From positions 900,001 through 932,000 of the forward strand of contig CP060222.1 of assembly GCA_023898425.1 (NCBI GenBank): a stretch of DNA of 32,000 nucleotides, given 5' to 3'. The stretch comes from Candidatus Saccharimonadota bacterium. Its GTDB lineage: Bacteria; Patescibacteriota; Patescibacteriia; 2-12-FULL-60-25. The position numbers and the translations under genes were made by a program. Shown here piece by piece: positions 27,074 to 32,000 of this stretch; position 1 is the stretch's first letter; each line of letters begins with the position of its first letter. The notes below the pieces were generated by a model. That model ran no database searches. It was given only the letters and a program-made list of their open reading frames with translations, and was not told the origin of the DNA.

Positions 27074-28360
27074 ATGCCTACGTCCAAGACCACCCTCCTG
27101 CCAAAAGCGCAGGTTCAAATCTCCTTCGAAGTCGAATGGAGCGAAGCTCTTCCGTATCTCGAAGAAGCAGCAAAAGAAATCTCAAAAGCAAAGCCTTTGC
27201 CAGGCTTCCGTCCAGGCCATGCAACTTACGAAGACGTAAAACGTACACATGGCGAAATGGCGATTCTTGAGACAGCAATCGAACGCATTGTTCGTGGTGC
27301 GTATGTAAAGACTGTTTTGGCAGAAAAGCTAAACACGGTTGGCTCCCCTTCTATTACGATGGATACGCTTACACCAGGTCAAACGATTAAATTTACCACT
27401 ATTGTTTCAATTGTTCCGACAATCCAAAAACTCGCTGATTACAGTGCTGGAAAAGTCACAAAGAACAAAACAGAAATCAATGACGCCCAGGTAGAAGAAG
27501 CGGTTGATCAAATGAGAAAGATGCGTGCTGAAGATCTTAAGGTTGACCGTGCAGCAACGCTCGAAGATATGGTGATGATTGATATGGAGATGTTACACAA
27601 CAACGTTACTCTCGAAGGCGGTAAAGGTACTGATTATAAAGTCTATCTTAGCGAGCCACACTATATCCCTGGTATGGCTGAACAGCTCGTCGGCGTAAAA
27701 GAAGGCGAAGAAAAATCATTTGTTCTTCCTTTTCCTGACAACCATTATCAACAACACTTGGCTGGTAAAGACATTACTTTTAAAACAACGACAAAAGGTG
27801 TTTTTGAACGCAAGATGCCAACAGCAAACGATGAGTTTGCAAAAGCTTATGGTCTTGAAAGCATCGCCGAACTACGTTCTAAGCTTAAAGAGAATCTCGT
27901 AAACGAAACCGAATCTCGCGCAGCAGAGGCAGCCGAAATTCAAATGCTCGAGAAACTTGTTGATGCTTCGACCTTTGGCGAAGTGCCTGATGTTCTTATC
28001 AACGAAGAAGTAAATCGTATGATGAAAGAACTCGAGCACGGCATCGAAGAACAAGGTATGACGATGGAAAACTATCTTGCCTCCATCAATAAATCAAAAG
28101 ACGATCTTAAGCTTGATTTCATTCAACAAGCTATCCGTCGCATCAATACAGCGATTTTGATTAAAGAAGTTTCGGTAAAAGAAAACCTCGATGTAACAGA
28201 AGAGGAAATTGATAAAGAGATAGACACTATTCTTGATCAAATTCCAGCTGATGACGCTGCATCACGTGAGCGAGTAATCTCTCCTGAATATCGCGAATAC
28301 GTCTCGATTCAAATGCGTAATCGTAAAACCATCGAATTTTTAAAAGGCAAAATGTATTGA
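27074..28360 (+). CDS. tig: trigger factor
   Basis: 428 aa from the ATG at 27074. GFRPGH ribosome-binding signature near the N-terminus, and typical three-domain length. Confidence 0.85.
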   Translation: MPTSKTTLLPKAQVQISFEVEWSEALPYLEEAAKEISKAKPLPGFRPGHATYEDVKRTHGEMAILETAIERIVRGAYVKTVLAEKLNTVGSPSITMDTLTPGQTIKFTTIVSIVPTIQKLADYSAGKVTKNKTEINDAQVEEAVDQMRKMRAEDLKVDRAATLEDMVMIDMEMLHNNVTLEGGKGTDYKVYLSEPHYIPGMAEQLVGVKEGEEKSFVLPFPDNHYQQHLAGKDITFKTTTKGVFERKMPTANDEFAKAYGLESIAELRSKLKENLVNETESRAAEAAEIQMLEKLVDASTFGEVPDVLINEEVNRMMKELEHGIEEQGMTMENYLASINKSKDDLKLDFIQQAIRRINTAILIKEVSVKENLDVTEEEIDKEIDTILDQIPADDAASRERVISPEYREYVSIQMRNRKTIEFLKGKMY

Positions 28361-28368
28361 AGCTTAGT

Positions 28369-28628
28369 TTAAAAACAACACTCTGTAACAAGAGTGTTTT
28401 TTTTATTAATCTTTTCAATCAAAATTGTTTTTATTCTTCCGGTCAAACCTTTCTTTAGAGTAATCTGTGACTTAGAACAATCATAGTACTTTGATAATAC
28501 TTGTATAAGCTCTTCATTTGCTTCACCGTCAACAGGAGCTGATTTGAGCTTTACGATTAAAACGCCCTCCTTCTCCCCATCACTTCGGACTTACTACTGC
28601 GTGGTGTAACTTTTACTTTTATTTGCAT
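28369..28628 (-). pseudogene. yggU: DUF167 (YggU-family) gene interrupted by one frameshift
   Basis: MQIKVKVTPRSSKSEV is in one frame. GEKEGVLIVKLKSAPVDGEANEELIQVLSKYYDCSKSQITLKKGLTGRIKTILIE is in the -1 frame. The junction is at the G4 run (plus-strand CCCC, 28575-28578). Confidence 0.6.
28377..28405. terminator. intrinsic terminator after tig (bidirectional)
   Basis: AACACTCT-GTAACA-AGAGTGTT followed by T8. Confidence 0.7.
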
Positions 28629-28629
28629 A

Positions 28630-28870
28630 CTATGGCACTGGATCGAATCCACCTTCATTCCAAGGATGGCAACGCGTAATACGTTTTGCTCCTAACCACG
28701 CACCTTTAAAAAACCGTATTTTCGAATCGCTTGTTCGGTGTATTCAGAGCAAGTTGGATGAAATCTACAGGTACGATTTCTTATCACATGACGAAGTGGG
28801 CCATGATCGGGTGATAGCGTTTTTGATAAAGTTTAATAAGCATTACACCCATCCATGCAAGTGGACTCAT
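28630..28870 (-). pseudogene. yidD: yidD (membrane protein insertion efficiency factor) split over three reading frames
   Basis: MSPLAWMGVMLIKLYQK is in frame a (the same frame as rnpA). [22 protein letters not shown] is in frame b. [24 protein letters not shown] is in frame c. The second shift is at T TTA AAG (28704-28710). Confidence 0.6.
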
Positions 28871-29272
28871 ACGTCTTTTTATAAACGACTGATGTTTTGC
28901 GCTTTGCTTTGATGTTTTTCTTGGCGTTGGCGGTAATGCAAGCGCTGCTGGAATCTTTTCGAAGGCGTGCAAGATAGATTGTTTGAGCACGGCAAAATCA
29001 ACATCAAGAACATTGGCTTTGATCATAAACATGAGATCAAGTTTTTCTGGCCAGTTTGTTTGCAGATCACGCAAAGCTGCACGCATGCGACGTTTTACGC
29101 GATTACGTTTATTGGCGCGCTTAAATACTTTTGTAGATGCAACAAAACCAATCTTCGTTGTCTCTGATGGGCGAAAGCGTAAGGTAAATTCTTGCGCATA
29201 CACAACACGCCCTTTTTGCGATAAGAGCGCGAAATCACGTTTACGACGTAAGCGGTCTGGTTGAGCTAGCAT
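28784..29272 (-). CDS. rnpA: ribonuclease P protein component; ORF runs on into the yidD N-terminus
   Basis: RNR-type motif KRANKRNRVKRRMR. There is no stop codon between the RnpA domain and the in-frame yidD start at 28870. Confidence 0.8.
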   Translation of the reverse strand: MLAQPDRLRRKRDFALLSQKGRVVYAQEFTLRFRPSETTKIGFVASTKVFKRANKRNRVKRRMRAALRDLQTNWPEKLDLMFMIKANVLDVDFAVLKQSILHAFEKIPAALALPPTPRKTSKQSAKHQSFIKRRMSPLAWMGVMLIKLYQKRYHPIMAHFVM

Positions 29273-29310
29273 AAAATAAAAAAGGGGCTAGTAGCATAAC
29301 TACCAGCCCT
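29273..29310 (-). terminator. hairpin plus T-run between rpmH and rnpA (attenuator/terminator)
   Basis: Minus strand: AGGGCTGGTAG-TTATG-CTACTAGCCCC followed by TTTTTTATTTT. Confidence 0.55.
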
Positions 29311-29316
29311 ATTCTT

Positions 29317-29487
29317 TTAGCGACGTGAGCGAACAACTTGCGTTGTTTTAATTGCAATCGTCTTACGACCCTTGGCGCGGCGGCGGCCTAAAACCGCTAC
29401 TCCGTCCTTGGTCTTCATGCGTGCAAGGAAGCCATGTACGCGGGCGCGGCGTCTGGTGCGCGGCTGATAAGTTCTTTTTGTAGCCAT
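29317..29487 (-). CDS. rpmH: 50S ribosomal protein L34 (56 aa, C-terminally extended)
   Basis: [29 protein letters not shown]...RRAKGRK signature. Too short to appear in the ORF track. Confidence 0.9.
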   Translation of the reverse strand: MATKRTYQPRTRRRARVHGFLARMKTKDGVAVLGRRRAKGRKTIAIKTTQVVRSRR

Positions 29488-29507
29488 AGGGTTAATCTAT
29501 GGACGGG

Positions 29508-29535
29508 ATCTTAGGCTAAAAGTGTTTTTTGGCAA
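29508..29535 (-). promoter_or_regulatory. candidate rpmH promoter
   Basis: Minus strand: TTGCCA (29535-29530), 16-nt spacer, TAAGAT (29513-29508). Confidence 0.4.
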
Positions 29536-29750
29536 TAGTTAGGGATGAAAGAAGGCCCAGCGTTCACAAAATAGTATTTTGTTACTAGCTGAGCCTTGTT
29601 TTAGAGCCCTTTACGAGCGAAGAAAGTGTTTCGTGAACCGACATTGATACCTCTTGCCATTGATCGCCCTTTGGGACCATATAGCAACAAGGGTGTTGCC
29701 TCCATGCGTTTTTTATCCGTTCTGAAAGCGCTTCTGCGGTTTCGTAGTCT

Positions 29751-30719
29751 TCAGAACGAGGCGGGGTTATTGCTCCGCATACGTTCGTAGACTTCTTGAC
29801 TCGGTTGAGAGAGACAGATTACTGCTTGATAGCGAGCATACTCTGCTTCTCGAGTAGTACGGAGGAGGCTCGTAAGTGTCTCTACACCTCCGTCGATATA
29901 AGCAGCATTATCCATGCTACCGCGATCGAGAATGATGGCTTTTTTGCCATCACGGATCGCCTGATCTTGGGCCGCATGCTCAAAAGCACGTTGAACGGCA
30001 TAGATCAGCTTTTGAAACTTCGCTGAGCCCACAGCATCACCCACAGGCGGCCTAATACCTACCTGAGCAATAACAATGGTTGCTACTTCTGGCACAAAAG
30101 CGAGTTCTGGATACCGCTCGCGCAACTCCTGCATCGAGGTGCTCTTACCAGAGCATGGCCCACCCGTCAGAACAACCATCGGCAGCGGAGTGACTGACAT
30201 GAGCGTAAGAAGCTGGTTTGGATCTACGTTCTCGGTAAGCATGGCGCTTGCTTCGGCGAGGGCCAAATTATTAATCGAATTTGTTACTTCTTGATCCATC
30301 TCAAGAAAATCCGGAAAAGGCGGCAGCTCCTCATCTTCTGATAAAAGTTCACGCTCGAGAAGCACAAGACCCTTTAGCGGACCCTCAAAAATATCCAACT
30401 CCCAGCCATCAAAAGTATATCTCGTCTTGGACAGGGTAAAGACACAAGCGTCGAGTGCCGCCTTACCGATATTCTCATTTATTACCGTCGTCTCAATCTC
30501 GTCTCGCGAGATCCCAGAACCACGTTTTACGGTAAAAATAGTCGTACTATTGTTTTTGATGCGTACTCGCATCGTTTTTCCGGGCAATGAACCAAAGTAT
30601 CCTTGCGAAATATGATCCTTGGTACATCCTGACAATGGCTTATTTGTCTTGATGCGCTTCACAAGAAAGCGCCGCTCAATTTCGATACTTGTTTTGCTAC
30701 TTGGCGCAGAAGAATCCAC
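29751..30719 (-). CDS. CYTH-domain / P-loop NTPase fusion protein
   Basis: N-terminal IEIERRFLV (CYTH ExExK-type signature) and Walker A LTGGPCSGKST at about residue 185. GTG start preceded by AAGAGG. The sampled line at 29821 has 31/60 G+C. Confidence 0.65.
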   Translation of the reverse strand: MDSSAPSSKTSIEIERRFLVKRIKTNKPLSGCTKDHISQGYFGSLPGKTMRVRIKNNSTTIFTVKRGSGISRDEIETTVINENIGKAALDACVFTLSKTRYTFDGWELDIFEGPLKGLVLLERELLSEDEELPPFPDFLEMDQEVTNSINNLALAEASAMLTENVDPNQLLTLMSVTPLPMVVLTGGPCSGKSTSMQELRERYPELAFVPEVATIVIAQVGIRPPVGDAVGSAKFQKLIYAVQRAFEHAAQDQAIRDGKKAIILDRGSMDNAAYIDGGVETLTSLLRTTREAEYARYQAVICLSQPSQEVYERMRSNNPASF

Positions 30720-30808
30720 GGCAAACCTCTTTGTGAAAGACCTGGTTCAATCGTAGTCCTCTCGTAAACCATCGTCAAAACTATTAGAGAAAAGTATTTT
30801 TCTTTTTG

Positions 30809-30860
30809 TTATGCACATTTCTTCCACAGCGATGTCAAAAAGTTGACACACTTATACACA
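30809..30860 (+). promoter_or_regulatory. three DnaA-box-like 9-mers in one orientation
   Basis: TTATGCACA (30809-30817), TCTTCCACA (30820-30828) and TTATACACA (30852-30860), against the consensus TTATCCACA. The last lies inside the dnaA promoter spacer. Confidence 0.5.
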
Positions 30861-30871
30861 GCTGGAAATAT
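30843..30871 (+). promoter_or_regulatory. dnaA promoter
   Basis: TTGACA (30843-30848), 17-nt spacer, AAATAT (30866-30871). The ATG lies 11 nt downstream. Confidence 0.5.
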
Positions 30872-30882
30872 CGTGACTAACT

Positions 30883-32000
30883 ATGGATCTTCAAGCGTTG
30901 TGGCAAGCTTCACTAGGTGAACTTGAGCTCTCTCTCACGAAAGCAAATTTCACGACCTGGTTTAAAAATACCTACTTAGCCCAGATCGAAGGCTCAAAAG
31001 CGACCGTTTGTGTCCCAAACACATTCACACAAGCTTGGTTACAAAAGAAATATAACGATCAAATTGTTCGTGCTTTGCGTAATGCGTCCAATCTACCTGT
31101 CCGTGAGATCGTTTATCGCGTTGAGGTGAAAAACACTACTCAAATCGCTTTAGAAAACACCCCCGCACCAACAGCGAGCGGCATGTACAGCGAATCTTCA
31201 CAGGCATTTGCTACCGAAGCCCCTGTATCTACACCACAAACACATTCTTCTAACGATATTGGGCTTAATCCTCGCTATCTTTTTAATGCGTTTATTGTAG
31301 GTAAAGGCAATGAGCTTGCTCATGCCGCCTGCCAAGCCGTTGCAAGTAAAATCGGTGAAGTCTATAACCCATTATTTATCCATGGTGATGCTGGTATGGG
31401 TAAGACACATCTTGTTCAAGCTATTGGGCATCACGTCTTACAAACAAACCCAAATGCGAAAGTTCGTTATGTTTCTTGCGAACGTTTTGCAAATGAATTC
31501 ATTCAATCGGTACGCAGTGGTCGCATGAATGAATTTAAAGATCGTTATCGTTTGGTAGATGTGCTCCTTATTGATGATATTCAATTCTTACAAGGCAAAG
31601 AAGGTACACAAGAAGAGTTTTTCCATACCTTTAACGCACTTCATCAAGCAAATAAACAGATTGTTATTACATCGGATCGTCCACCAAAAGACATTCAAAC
31701 GCTCGAAAGTCGTCTCCAATCGCGTTTTGAATGGGGCATGATGGCAGACATCTCAAAACCTGATTTTGAAACACGTGTGGCAATCTTGCAGGCAAAAACA
31801 CGCGAAAAGAACTATCCACTCTCTGTTGATATTCTTCACACAATCGCAGGATCCATTCAATCAAATATTCGTGAGCTTGAGGGAGCATTAAATAAAATCA
31901 TCGCCTACCATCAATTTAAAAACATTCCTCCAACGCTTGAATCTGTACAGCCATTATTACAGAGCTTCACGCCTACCATTACCAAGCGTTCGATCACTCC
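30883..32000 (+). CDS. dnaA: chromosomal replication initiator DnaA (3'-truncated by the window end)
   Basis: My own translation gives MDLQALWQASLGELELSLTKANFTTWF..., Walker A GDAGMGKTHL, Walker B LLIDDIQFL, and sensor motifs. It is absent from the ORF track, probably because the frame has no stop in the window. Confidence 0.92.
   Translation, partial: MDLQALWQASLGELELSLTKANFTTWFKNTYLAQIEGSKATVCVPNTFTQAWLQKKYNDQIVRALRNASNLPVREIVYRVEVKNTTQIALENTPAPTASGMYSESSQAFATEAPVSTPQTHSSNDIGLNPRYLFNAFIVGKGNELAHAACQAVASKIGEVYNPLFIHGDAGMGKTHLVQAIGHHVLQTNPNAKVRYVSCERFANEFIQSVRSGRMNEFKDRYRLVDVLLIDDIQFLQGKEGTQEEFFHTFNALHQANKQIVITSDRPPKDIQTLESRLQSRFEWGMMADISKPDFETRVAILQAKTREKNYPLSVDILHTIAGSIQSNIRELEGALNKIIAYHQFKNIPPTLESVQPLLQSFTPTITKRSIT

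Noticed and set aside
28640-28650. tRNA T-arm-like GGATCGAATCC.
   Set aside because: It lies inside the yidD C-terminal coding sequence (GGFDPVP on the opposite strand), and no acceptor, D or anticodon arms can be drawn around it.
1-32000. CRISPR arrays, rRNA or tRNA genes, and IS or transposase genes.
   Set aside because: I found no short regularly spaced direct repeats, no rRNA or tRNA signatures, and no transposase- or integrase-like ORF on either strand.

Overview
This window comes from a low-GC bacterial chromosome (about 40% G+C by eye) close to the replication origin. No searches were run, so every functional call rests on motif recognition by eye.

Housekeeping backbone:
- 0.36-8.7 kb, minus strand: ruvC, rpoC, rpoB.
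- 17-32 kb: a rodZ-like gene, ftsK, ugd, a GalE-family epimerase, comEC, a lipoprotein gene, recA, ychF, tig, frame-disrupted yggU (DUF167) and yidD, rnpA, rpmH, a CYTH/P-loop fusion gene, and the 5' part of dnaA.

Between the rpoB upstream region and rodZ lies a compositional island of about 7.7 kb (about 9.2-16.96 kb). Its coding sequence is about 60% G+C with strong G/C third-position bias. Very AT-rich spacers interrupt it; several carry near-consensus sigma70-type promoters (four with exact TTGACA and a 17-nt spacer), and most genes end in GC-stem hairpins, some with T-runs.

The island contains:
- three promoter-gene-terminator cassettes encoding orphan proteins, two of them clear paralogs;
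- a promoter-driven stretch of about 630 nt with no long ORF (a candidate sRNA, then a structured RNA or leader with a 26-codon SD-preceded sORF);
- a small membrane protein;
- an intergenic repeat of about 139 nt, present as two full copies and one partial copy;
- a divergent DHH/DHHA1-like phosphoesterase;
- several small orphan ORFs, and a 398-aa orphan with an acidic Ser/Asp tail.

I saw no integrase, transposase, tRNA, rRNA or CRISPR array. I cannot assign the island to any known system, so it is the main candidate for something undescribed.
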